Assembly: GCF_963676685.1 (NCBI RefSeq)
Contig: NC_092344.1
Location: forward strand, 76,818,001 to 76,882,000
Reading direction: 5' to 3'
Length of the DNA: 64,000 nt
Source: Mytilus edulis
Taxonomy: Eukaryota
Each line of letters opens with the position of its first letter. Position 1 is the stretch's first letter. Below the pieces are notes generated by a model, which searched no databases, was not told the DNA's origin, and saw only the letters and a list, made by a program, of their open reading frames with translations. Made by a program: the position numbers and the translations under genes. Of the stretch, positions 51,701 through 64,000 are shown one piece after another.

Positions 51701-54103
51701 TGTAAACTGTAGTTTTCACTACTTTATATGTAACCTGTAGTTTTCACTACTTTATATGTAACCTGTAGTTTCCAATTTTCATATATATAGCATGTAGTTT
51801 TCACTACTACAAATTTAATCTACTCTTTTTTTTCAGAAAATTAAAATGATAAACTCTTGATGTTTTTCTTTTTTTTTTTTTTTCTTATGAAAACCTGAAT
51901 ATTTCCAGTTTTCTTACAGTTTTAATAGCTTGAATTTTATTATTTCCAAGAACATTTCGATTCTTTTTTAAAATAATTCTTATTTCAAGTTTAAAAAAAA
52001 ATACCAACATAAAAGAGCAAGCTGCCACCAGTATTTTGAATGTATGCGTTTTGCATGCGGATTGTCACACCTATTCAAAATGCAAAGAAAAAGTCAAGAA
52101 AGTTCTGCAATTTCTAAGTCGTTATTATTACTTTCAACTTTTATGAAAACATATAAGATAACATTTAATCTTAACACAACAGTTAAATAATCAAATTATC
52201 TGCGTCAAATATGCTGAAATAGTTATAAATATCAATAGAATATCAATAGGTTGCCAAATATAAATGTTGAAACCCCCTAGCTTTAAATCCCATTGACCCA
52301 GACTCCAGAAAATATCACTCACAGATTTCACCGTTTTATGACAAAATAATTACTGGAACTTTATAAATAAAATAGCCACACGTATTTTAACCAAGCTTTT
52401 GCTTATTGAATATTCGATCTAAAGGGACCCCAATTTAGAAAAGGCTTTGATATCACACAAAAATTCGACCAGCTGGGCAGTTAAGTTTTGTTTCCCGAGA
52501 TTTGGAACACCCTTAGCGATCCATACAGATCAAGGTCGTATTTTTGCTGGCAAAATATTCACACAGTCAGGTTTGCAAACTTTTTGAAGTTAAAAAACGA
52601 GGTCTATTTCTTAAAAGCCATGTTTAAATGTAATTATAGAAAGGTTTATCGCAACTTTAGAAAAAATGATCCAAACTTTTCTTAATAAAAATATTGACAA
52701 TTGGGATATTTTATCGGGGCATTGTTGGCTGCATATATAAGTACATCTCATTTCGCCACTGGATATACTCCTTACATGCCTATGCTAGGTAGAGATGTTA
52801 TTTTGCCTCATAAAATTTTATATCCCCTGAGAAAGAGAAAATGATTTCATATCCCCTATTGACTACGTTGATAATTTACATTCCAAACTTGAAGAAATAT
52901 ATGCTTTTGCCAGAGATAAAACTGCAAATTGCAGCAGAACGTCAAGAGAAAGACTATGATACCAGATTATCTCAGTTAATTTTCAAAGTTGGTGATTTAG
53001 TTTTCAAAAATAATAATATAACAAAATAGTTACAACCGATCGCGAGGTGGATAGGTCCTTTTCTTATTTTGAAAGTCCTTAATCCAGTTTTATATGAGAT
53101 TTGCAGATTATACAAATATTTTGACTGAAGGGCAACACGTTATGTTACAAAAAACTTCCTTGGCGTCATTGAATAAAAAGCGATGAATGTAAACTAACTG
53201 ACGCCAACATTTTACTTAACTATCAGAGCAGTGTGCGCGGCATCCTGTGTAACATAATGTTTATAAATTATAAAATGAACAATCAGTAATATTTTTGGGA
53301 CAAAATACATTCTGAGGGTGGGAGTGTTGTGAGTGTATTTTAGGACATGGTCGTTGTCCTGTATTTGGATAAACTGCGATGTTTTGAATATAAAATTCAG
53401 TGGCGAACGAAGTAAGTCAATTTAAAACTATAATATTCCTGTGATCACGTAAGACTTTACTGGTTCTATGATTGTTAAAACCTGAGAATTCTTAGTTAAT
53501 TAAAAATGTTTACTTTAAATAAATTGGCCAAAGTTCATTACGGGTTTTTATGTACGAGTTATTCTTTCTTGAATAGTAAATATTTCAATAATGAACCGGT
53601 TGAATGTATGTTATTTGATTTGACGGGAAAAGGAAAACAAATTTGGGAAACAAAACTTGACTGCCGAGGAGGTCGTAAGTTTTTCTGATAGCAAAGCCTT
53701 TTTCTAAATTGAGGATTCATTTAGATCGAATATTCAATTAGCGAAAGATTGGTTAAAGTACATATGTGTATTTTATTTTCAGAGTTCCAATATTGTTTTG
53801 TCATAAAACGGTGAAATGCGTGACTGATATTTTTGGGAGTATGGGTCAATGTTATTTATAACTAGGGTTTTTTCACATTTATACTTGGTACCCTATTGAT
53901 ATTCAATTGTTATGTATAACTATTTCAGCGTATTTGACGCAAATAATTTGATTATTTAACTGTTGTGTTAAGATCGATTGTTATATTCTATGTTTTCATG
54001 AATGTCTAAAGTAATAATAATGATTTAGAAATTGCAGAACTTTCTTGACTTTTTCTTTGCATTTTTTTAAGGTTTGACAAACCGCTCGCAAACAGGCATA
54101 CAT
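48712..54103. mobile_element. Decayed Ty3/Gypsy LTR retrotransposon with internal inversion
   Basis: LTRs begin TGTTGTGA at 48712 and 53325 (the latter after PPT GAGGGTGGGAG). RT (MPFELNNAP, LYLDNII), RNase H (LRTDH, LARW, HRPG) and the integrase N-half lie on - at ~49381-51330; the integrase C-half (IHTDQG, IER, TGYTP, GPF) lies on + at ~52491-53110. PBS TGGTGGCAGC is on - at 52021-52030. Confidence 0.88.
51500..51822. repeat. Degenerate ~29-bp tandem repeat inside Gypsy
   Basis: Consensus approximately TGTAGTTTTCACTACTTATATATGTAACC, about 11 diverged units. Confidence 0.8.
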
Positions 54104-54871
54104 TCTTGTATGATTTTAAATTTTAGATCTTGTGTATATATTGGAATTTAATATGACGTCCGTTATCACTGAACTAGTATGCAATTTTGTTTAGGGGCCA
54201 GCTTAAGTACGGCTCCGGGTGCGGGTGTGTCTTGCTGCATTGAAGACCCATTGGTTGCTTTCGGCTGTTGTTTGCTCTTAGGTCGGGTTGTTGTCTCTTT
54301 GACACATTCCTTATATCCAATTTTGAATTTCATGGTATAAAATTTAACTTAAATTTTCCAGTTCAATAACACTTAAAAATATTAAAAGGCTACGCAATGA
54401 TTATATGTACTTTGTTTATAAACTAGATTCCTAAGAATGTCCTCGGCAGGCTGATAAACGAATCTTTATTGACTGCTTCTGAGTGTTATCACATGCCTTT
54501 CTGTTAATGTTCGTGACTCTTATCACATGCAACTTCGTGCATTTCTGGAAATTTGTTAAACATGATGATGACATGGCTGCGTTTGTCGAATCTTTGAAAA
54601 ACGACTCCATAGTTAATACTTTTCACAAATTTATTGAGGAGCAACAATGAATTAAGATTAAACATGTTTTGAAAGACATATCACATGCTGAGTCCAACTC
54701 TAGACAGGTATCAACCCAAACAACTTCAGGCATAAATAAAATGCCAGAAATTGTGAATTGTCCATGACAATTAAAGAATAAAAAAATATTTCCGGGGACA
54801 ACCATCACATGCAAGGTAACAAAGAATTTTTCAAACTTAGAACATGATAATTGTTGTGAAAAGATATGTAT

Positions 54872-57007
54872 AGGTTGCATTTTTGTAAATATTGGCAATG
54901 CAATTTCCCATAGGAACTCCTTTTACGGCTAAAACTGTACCACTTTTACTATGAAGTTTTGAAAAAAATCTTATCCTAGAATTGAAAGTTCATATGCACC
55001 ACAATTTTTTTCAAAGGTCAAAATATAGGGCTGTGCGGCATATTTTCAACGTTTATATGCCCTGAACTTCTCAGAGTTTAAACTTACACTAATTTTCTTA
55101 ACTACCCCTACCTCGAATGAAAGGTTACCACAGATTTCAATGTAAACAATATGCACGTGTTTATTTACTGGTAACATTCCCAAGTTCTGTCTCTGCGATA
55201 TGGAACACAGAGAGCATAACTGGGAACCAGTATGTAAACAAAATTAATTTTCTATGAATATTCAATTACTCCCCAAAAGAGGCGTGTTTTTGAGAAACAG
55301 CTGTATTTACAAAGTGCAACCTATACAGACATTTATTGAAATAGAAAACTCTCTAAAATCAGTTTTTCTCACATTAATACTCATTTATCAGAATTAAAGT
55401 CTTAAAGAAATCACTGTGTATGCTCTAATTTTTTCTTTACTATACATCTTATACCCCCTCCCCTGTATCAATATTTTAAAGAATTTGAAAACAAGACTTT
55501 AATTATTGCCAGCTTACCCTATTTGCACATTTTCTGATAAAAAATGCCTAGAACCTGTTAAAAACTGTTTTGATAACATATTGAAAGCATATCAGAATAT
55601 CATAAATGTAATGTTTAGCAGTCAAGCATTACAACATTCAAGATTATATAAAGTATCCAATCCAGCCTCTATCTCCAGTCCACATCTTACTGTATGCCTA
55701 TTTGTCAATTAAAGAACACATTTTCTGCCTCAAATGGTCAATTTAGAATTCTTGTCACAACAGTATCATCTATAACCATATATCTGACACAATTTAGCTA
55801 ATATATATACTAGAAGTGTTCAAACAAAGCCATATTTGCAATAGTTGTATGTATGCAGAAACCAGTCTGAGATATAAATTCACTTAAAATGTTGTAGAGA
55901 TGACTGCTAACATCTGATTTTTGCATAACTTCTAAGCATAGTTATTGTTTTCTATATCAAAAACTTTAAAATCATAAAATCATAGCATTTACAAGTTAAA
56001 TTATTTGTTTTATGATCAAGGGGGTAGGCAATTTTCTATGTTTTTTGCCCCTGGGGCCTCAAATTTCCTAAATCATTCTGCTGTTTCTAGCAATTTTGAA
56101 TATTTAGTACATATTCAGGATAGAACACACTATTGTGAGTTTTCTTGAGATATTTTTGTTTTTCTAGCTTGTATTTATTATGCCGTGGTGACAAAAAAGC
56201 AGATTTAGGTGTTGCGGTTTACTTTTGGGTTATCGAAAGGACACAAATACCCCATAAATAATATTCCGGAAGGATCTATGAGTTTCAATGACTGCGAAGA
56301 GTTAATATAGGCACTTCTGAACAATTTAACTTACAAATATGCAAATATTATGATTTAATTTTGTATCCAGGACTTTAAGTAAACTATGCATACTGTAAAC
56401 TGTTAATTTATACTGAGTCATCATATTTAAGGCCCAGGATTCTATCAATCTTCATTAAATATTTATAAAACTTCTTATTTGAGTTAATTTCTTTAAAATC
56501 TGTGAAATAATGCAAATTTGGTTAAATTCTGAATGTTCCCCTTTTTTACCCTATATAGGTTGCATTTTTGTAAATATTGGCAATGCAATTTCCCATAGGA
56601 ACTCCTTTTACGGCTAAAACTGTACCACTTTTACTATGAAGTTTTGAAAAAAATCTTATCCTAGAATTGAAAGTTCATATGCACCACAATTTTTTTCAAA
56701 GGTCAAAATATAGGGCTGTGCGGCATATTTTCAACGTTTATATGCCCTGAACTTCTCAGAGTTTAAACTTACACTAATTTTCTTAACTACCCCTACCTCG
56801 AATGAAAGGTTACCACAGATTTCAATGTAAACAATATGCACGTGTTTATTTACTGGTAACATTCCCAAGTTCTGTCTCTGCGATATGGAACACAGAGAGC
56901 ATAACTGGGAACCAGTATGTAAACAAAATTAATTTTCTATGAATATTCAATTACTCCCCAAAAGAGGCGTGTTTTTGAGAAACAGCTGTATTTACAAAGT
57001 GCAACCT
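54872..57007. mobile_element. Composite DNA element: two identical 451-bp TIR-bounded direct repeats around a 1.23-kb core (non-autonomous KolobokP-like)
   Basis: 54872-55322 and 56557-57007 are identical by eye; each begins AGGTTGCATTTTTGTAAATA and ends TATTTACAAAGTGCAACCT. Junctions are TATA|GG..CC|TATA and TATA|GG..CC|TAAA. Confidence 0.85.
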
Positions 57008-57086
57008 AAAATGCTTGTAATATCAATAAAACCAATTAAATTTAAGAAATTTGTATTTGGTTGTTTGTAAATTATAAACTTAGATT

Positions 57087-58022
57087 GGTCTGATATGAAA
57101 CATGCCATGTAATAATCTAAACTTATCATATATTTAGTAGTACATTTAAATACAGTTGTTTTAAATATTGGATTTATAGTCTGCTGTTTAATCCGTATCG
57201 CTCAACTTTGATGCAGACCCTTTATCACACCCTTTATCGAATGTCTACAGTTTATCACACCCTTTATCGCAGGCCTACCCTTTATAACTACATTACACGT
57301 ATATTTCAGAAGAATCCGTTATTTTAATTGGAAAACAAGCATTGTGCGTCATACTTAAATTCACCTTCATATCCTAATGAAGTTTAACATTCATGATGTT
57401 ACGTGCTTTCACAAAAAGCTGACACTCAGTTTATATATTTATAAAGAAATAAATGGGAAAAAAAACGATTTTAAAGTATCAATGTAATTATGCGTATTGA
57501 ATGCTTACTTTCTTAGGGTTGTAAAAGCGTTGACCGTGCGAACATCTAGATAAATATAAAGTTAAAACAAAGACACATTTTAATAGTTCTTGTCTGTATT
57601 CCTTCTGCTGAAGTATATGACAAAAAGATCATTACATGTCATTGTTCATATTAAATTCTTTATCGGCCCTCGTTCATAATATCAACCCTCGAACCTGTGC
57701 CTCTTAGACTGATATCATGACCTAGGGCCGATAAAGGGTCTGATATGAAACATGACATGCAATAATCTATACTTATCATATATTTTGTAGTAAATACAAT
57801 AGTTTTGAATATTTGATAAATAGCCTGCTGTTTAAACCGTATCGCTCAACTTTGATGCAGACCCTTCATCACGCCCTTTATCGCATGTCTTCCCTTTATC
57901 ACACCCTTTATCGCAGGCCTACCCTTTATAATAACATTACATGTTTGTAGCAGAATAATCCGTTATTTTAATTGGATAACAACGCTTGTGCGTCATACTT
58001 TCATTCACCCTCATATCCTAAT
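57087..58022 (+). repeat. Diverged ~290-bp direct repeat (57087-57378 and 57737-58022)
   Basis: Both run GGTCTGATATGAAACATG...CCGTATCGCTCAACTTTGATGCAGACCC...CATATCCTAAT; the second is preceded by the hairpin at 57631-57763. Confidence 0.85.
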
Positions 58023-58293
58023 ATTTCGCGATTCATCCAAAATGTACTTCGGTCAACGCTTTCACATCTTATTGAATTTATAAAAAGAATATTCCGTTTT
58101 TTCCGTGAGCCGCTTCCCGCCAAATAATTCTGAACCTTTCTTACTTTATCCCGATTATTAAGACAACATGTTTAAGCACTATTGATTGTATTTAACCGTA
58201 AACTGTAAACTTAAATTTCAGAGATATGATACATATAAAAGGGGGGAAAGACGTCGATACAGTTTCGATTAAAATCACTTTGCGGTGTAATTA

Positions 58294-58437
58294 AACAGAT
58301 ATATCTATTATAGAGGGGTATTTGCGAAAAATACCAGTCTTGGGACCAGATTTTCCTCGCTTAGTTGCTTGGGAAATTTCACAGTCTCTTGACTGGTATT
58401 TTACGCAAATACCCCTGCATAACATGATAAATCTGTT
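58294..58437. repeat. Hairpin-type dispersed element
   Basis: AGGGGTATTTGCGAAAAATACCAGTC (58314-58339) / GACTGGTATTTTACGCAAATACCCCT (58391-58416), 25/26 complementary. Confidence 0.85.
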
Positions 58438-59590
58438 CAGTATACTTGTTATTAAATAGTTTATTGTTACTATTTTTTATATTGATAGGTTTTATTCAGA
58501 ATGTGTTTTTTATACTTCGACTAATTGTGTTTATTTTTCTAAATATAGTAACACAGCTAGATTTTTGCAACGTCAATGTCATCATGAAACACTTTCGACA
58601 CAATCAGGGGTGATTAAGGGATGAAAATAATTCTAATATTTGTGAACGATTTAAAAAAAAACTATCAATGTATTGATTTAATTTAGAACAATTTTAGGTC
58701 AATGTCGATTGGTCAAACGCCCTCTCGCAGTTTCACAACCTCGTGCAAAAAAGTTATATTTTTCAGACATTGACCTAATAGTATAACATAACTAAAGAAG
58801 GAAAAAGACAAATAAACACCAAAAATACATTAAATCAAACATTTCTATGCAATACAGGTGCTTCGGATGAATAATTAAGCAGTGCCTTTATATGATTAAG
58901 CTGTTAAAACAAGGCAAAAATAAATCTGAATGTGACCAAGGTGCTTTGGATCAGTAAGCAGGTACGACATACTCACCGATTTAAATATATGATAAAGCGT
59001 TTAAAATCTGGAAAAATCCGTATCACATCCCGTATCACCCGTGACCAATATCACTCCTCGGGTCTTAAGGCCCTGGGGCAGATTTTGGTATCTCGGGATG
59101 AAAGGAGATTGTGAGTCAAACACACTCACCATTTCGTGTATTCCGGCAGAAACTTTTAATATCAACTTCTTCATGAAAAAAAGTATTAGAAAAACCCAAC
59201 CGTCATGGTAAATTAAAAAAGGGGACGACCGAAACCAAATGAACGGCTATATCGGCCACTTCGACACAACAGTTAAAGTTATGACTTGATACAGGCATTT
59301 TCGAAAAAAATTGTGGATTATAACGTAATATTATAGAATGCAACCTATGATATAACAAATATTAGTATATGAATACCCAAACCACCTAAATATAATGGAA
59401 ATAAGAAATATAATGACATGGTAGGATTTTTCATCCTTGAAAGACCAATAAAGTAGCGTACATATTTAAATATCATTCACAATTTGAACGTGGTAAGCAG
59501 TATCTTAGTAATTTTGTTAATTTGGTCTTTTTTTTATAACGTCGATATTCATTTCATATATCTTATTGTTTTTCTTTAATTTCATTGCAG

Positions 59591-60572
59591 ATATCAATTC
59601 TTCATTTGTTTCCTGTGTGGATTTTTCATATTTCAACTTACTTACTTACTGAAAGATGTACAGTACTCGATAGATTTTGATAAACAAAAACCATTTTGGA
59701 ATAATACTGCCAAAATTTTATCAGATATCAAAGAAACAGGAAGATCTAACATCATGCCTTTGAACTCATTTTTACTGAATAAAGTATTTAGGGAAGATCC
59801 GATGAAATTGTTTGAAGCATTTGAATCCATTCAAATATTGTTTATTGTGAAATCACATATACTTAATTTTGGTAAACGAGAAGCTATTCGTCAGACGTGG
59901 GGAAATGTAACAAAACTTCGAATAAAAACTATCTTTGTCCTAGGTCACTTATACAATAATGACCATTTTGCTGATTTGGAATCAAAACTACATAAGGATA
60001 TAATTCAACTAAACATAGAAGATAAATACGAAAATTTAGTTTATAAAACTATTTATGCATTGCTTTCCTTATCGAAACTAAATTTAAGAACTGAATATGT
60101 ACACTGTGTAGATGATGATCGCTTAGTTAACGCAAGAAATGTTTACGATATAGCAAGACAAAACATTGCACAATCAGATACGGTTATGTTAGGATTTATG
60201 GTTAATTTGTCAAGACCAAACAGATCAATGAACTCAAAAAATTATGTTTCATTCGAGGATTATCCTTTCCTTTATTTTCCGTCTTATATTATAGGAGGAA
60301 CTATATTAACAAATATGAAAACGATACACATACTTTCAATTGGGATAGAATATGTACGATTAATCCACATAGAAGATGTATATATTGGAATGGTTGCAAC
60401 AGCTTTCAAGATAGAATTGCAACATCATTCAGGGTTTCTTCCCTTTAAAAAACCCGTTTTAATGTTTAACAGTTTTTTATCATCCCCTGGATATGATCAT
60501 GCATATACAATATTAAGAGACTGGAAACTTATTGATCAAAACGAAAATATCAATACCAAACGTCAACTTTAA
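59591..60572 (+). CDS. GT31 beta-1,3-galactosyltransferase / Brainiac-like glycosyltransferase, main coding exon
   Basis: TTTCATTGCAG| acceptor; the frame is open upstream of the track ORF and gives a TM segment (YQFFICFLCGFFIFQLTYLL). Motifs IVKS..NFGKREAIRQTWG, IFVLG, ESKLHKDIIQ..EDKYENLVYKT, VDDD, YPFLYFPSY, IEDVYIG. About 347 aa with the upstream exon. Confidence 0.93.
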
Positions 60573-62249
60573 AAATTCACGAACTTAAGTAAGAAAAAAC
60601 TCTGTTTTGATCCAGAAGGAAAATATAACATTACCTCATTCCAAGGAAAAATCTTTATTCAAATGGCAAAATCAAACGCTCATACAAATCAAACGAATGG
60701 ATAACAATTGTCATATTCCTGACTTGGTACAGACATTTTCTGATGTAGAAAATGCTGGATTGAATCTTGTTTTATAGCTAGCTTAACTTCTTACTTGTAT
60801 GTCAGTCGCACAAAATTCAATTATACTGACAGCAATATGTGAACAAAACAAACAGAAATAAGACTTTATGCATCCAGCCATTGTGTATGGTCATTTTTTG
60901 TATTCTTATCTTTTTTGTTTGTTTTTTACATTTGTACGTATAATGTCTTTCGTTTTGTAAAGTGAGAGGTTTAGACAGCTATAAAACCATTTTTAATTCA
61001 CCATTTTTGCCTAAGGATATGCTTGTATAAAGTCAGGAATATGACTGGTATTTTCCATTCGTTTGATGTGTTTGAGGTTTTGATTTTGCCATTTGTAGAT
61101 AGACTTTCAGTTTTGAATTTTCCTTGGAGTTCGGTACTTTTCTTTTTACCATACACTTGATAATATATAGGCTTTAATTTTAATTCTATTGTTTCAAATT
61201 AAATCCAAAATGACTAATTTTATACAAATATTATGTTAACCACAGTACTTGTCCATTTTAAAATTTGGATATTTTAGATCCATATCGGAAATAGTTTCCT
61301 ACAATATACTAAAAAAGAGACAATTTTTTTGTTTCCTATTGTTTATTGGTCATAATTTGAGTTGATGCTCTTTTTGGCTCCTTCAAACGGTGAGTATTTT
61401 CTCTAACATGTGATCTGAGGAAGGGTCTGTTTTGACGTTACATATTTAAGTGCACATTATATTGGTATACATTGTAACTTATAAATTATTTTGTCAGTGA
61501 TTTGGTTAACATATATTACTTAAACCCTTTAATAATATATTCATAGATACAAAATATTGGCTTTTGTTGTATCTGTAGCTGTAAATGTATGAATTGTTGA
61601 ATTACAACAAATAGAAATCATAACATGAGGACATATCAAGACACATTATAAAAAACAACTACAAATAAAAAATCCATGTTAATGTCATGTAAACGAACTA
61701 ATTTTCTAGAAAAAAACTGTAGTTGTGTTTGAAACTTGTCAATGTAATTAAATTTGATGCAACTGTCGTACAATTTAGAGGTTAAGCATTATAAAACTGG
61801 GTTCATTCCCCTATGTTCTACGTCAGAAAATGCATGTACCAAGTGAGTAATATGACAGTTGTTATCCATTTGTTTGATTTGTTTAAACTTTTGATTTTGC
61901 CATTTGATTCGGGACTTTCCGTTTTAAGTTTTTTTACTGAGTTCAGTTTTTTTTGTGAATTTACTTTTTGCGCTTAAATATTTAATGATGAGCACGTCGA
62001 AAAATGAATACGACAATAATAATTTAATAATTTATTACCATTATTATTTTCTTAATTGAACTTACTTCATCAGTTTTCTGGGTTTGTTTACATAACAGGT
62101 TTGATGCTTCCAACATACATTAAATCTTAAATCAGCTGGGGAAGGTCATTGTTCGTTCATAGAGGAAATCGAAGTTATATTAAAAGTAAAATATAAAATA
62201 ACTGATTTGAAATGTAATCTTAAACACACGTACACCATACAGCTTAAAT

Positions 62250-62725
62250 ATAAAATAGAAGATTTGGTATGATTGCCAATGAGACAACTGTCCACAACAG
62301 GTCACCGTACGGCCTCAACAATCATCAAGGCCCATAAAAAGTAAAATCACAAAAATACTGAACTCAGAGGAAAATCAATTCGGAAAGTCCATAATCACAT
62401 GGCAAAATCAAATAACAAAACGCATCAAAAATGAAAGGACAAGAACTGTCATATTCCTGACTTGGTACAGGCATTTTCAAATGTAGAAAATGGTGGATTG
62501 AACCTGGTTTTATAGCTAGCTAAACCTCTCACTTGTATGACAGTCGCATCAAATTCCATTACATTGTCACCGATGCGTGAACAAAACAAACAGACGCATA
62601 GTCAGCTATAAAAGGCCCCGATTTGACAATGTGAAATAATTCAAACGAGAAAACTAACGGCCTTATTTATATAAAAAATTGAACGAAAAACAAATATGTA
62701 ACATATAAAATAACGACAACCACTG
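62250..62725 (-). mobile_element. PLE 3'-end repeat (family A) interrupted by a family B copy at 62337-62596
   Basis: The family A sequence GCCCAT|ACCGCATAGT is split by a 260-bp family B insert; no clear TSD. Confidence 0.8.
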
Positions 62726-64000
62726 CGGTTTTAAAAGGTCATCACTGAAAACAAGATAACTTGCGGAATACGGAGTAATTCTATAATATATTGTCTCTCT
62801 TAATAAAAGCACCATCTTAACTCGATTTTAAATGATATATACTTTATGTGTAATACAACCAAATCGTTGTACGTCACATCCGGTTGTATACTAAAATAAG
62901 TCGTAAACAAATATTCCCTTGAGATTAAGAGTTGTAGGTAATTAATTCGACATTTTATTGTGGTAAACATTTCTGTGGCATGAACATATTTCTTGAGTAT
63001 TTCAAAACACCATTTTTTTTTTTATTTTAGATTTCTGTAGAATATTTTGCAATCTTTGGGTTATATTGTTACTAAACCTTGTCACGGGTAGTAAGGTCAT
63101 CATATCGAGGAGCGTTTAGTACAGTGATTTTGTCATAGTTTGGATAAGTTTGACATGGTTAATTTATGTTGCTTCCCTAAACTATTGCCTCAGTTCTATT
63201 CACACGAGCAGATAAAAAGCAAATAAGATGCTTGAATCTGTATTGGAGGTCAAACGATCTATATTGGAATTGTTGTTTCACGAAATTAACGCAGAATGAG
63301 CAAGATATCGGAATTGCTATGGTTTGGTTAAGCGATTGACATTGTTCGGTTAAGAGTCTAGAAATTCGTCATGGTTTTGGTCAAGATTGTCATGGTTTAG
63401 ATCGAAATAAATATATATGTGTTTCACTTTTAATACTGAAAAGTTGATTGATAGCGCCTGTTATTGAACTAAGTTACACTATATATTAACTGTCTGAGAA
63501 GAAAAAAGCCTGTTTAACCAAATTTAGTGTGTATAATCGTCAAAGCGTACAAATATATGTTAAACATGTCATGTTACTTTTCGTAAGTTTTCTACAATAT
63601 AAATTTAAATGTCACTGCTCTTTTAAACTAGCTTTCGATATAATTTAACAAAAAAAAAGATAAAACTTTGCTTCTGTTTCACATATAATCGTTTGTCCAT
63701 ATGTCCATGCTTGACTCTACCGGGGATATCATGAGCGGCATCACTAACCAAATAGCTAAAGACATCTATTCAAAAGTGGCAGCCAGTCAAAAAGTAATTC
63801 TTGTTTTTCATTTTCTTTTCTAGAAAACTATTCATTTGTTGGTTTTTCTTTATTGTAAATTTTGAACTAGTTAATGATGAATAAAAGGAGATGTGGGGTT
63901 AAAGGTCCATGATACAGTAACCCAACAACTACAAAACTAACCAAAGGATATTAAGAAGACATCATAAGTTTTCAACCATTTACGAAACCGAATAGTTACG

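Larger units (their letters stand above)
46990..54330 (+). mobile_element. Penelope-like element (second subfamily) split by insertions: body 46990-48711, 3' end 54104-54330
   Basis: VKNSLEVLDKL [reverse repeat 47105-47247] AYTIDFESVQTFDF, LRYLDDILALNN, YDKRDDF. The 3' UTR is interrupted by Gypsy and resumes at 54104, ending GTTGTCTCTTTGACACATTCC. Confidence 0.8.

Noticed and set aside
54872-57007. LTR retrotransposon or TRIM
   Set aside because: The repeats lack TG..CA ends, PBS and PPT, and each has its own TIRs.

Overview
AT-rich, repeat-dense, intron-containing eukaryotic DNA. The repeat families and expanded glycosyltransferases suggest a bivalve mollusc, probably Mytilus-like (inference). 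Host genes: (1) a spliced GT92-family glycosyltransferase on + with four intact exons at 1866-7232, last exon not found; (2) a convergent GT92 paralogue on - (27314-20775) that is a pseudogene; (3) an intact GT31 beta-1,3-glycosyltransferase on + (short coding exon 45291-45352, 14-kb intron, main exon 59591-60572). Most of the rest is nested mobile DNA: Penelope-like RT copies with Naiad-type architecture whose 3' UTRs carry SECIS-like hairpins, hammerhead-ribozyme (retrozyme-like) repeats, a decayed CR1/L2-type LINE, a DIRS remnant, a Gypsy element split by an internal inversion, a young composite element with two identical 451-bp TIR-bounded direct repeats (KolobokP-like), and many MITEs and hairpins. 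Most short ORFs in the supplied track are spurious. All alignments and folds were done by eye.
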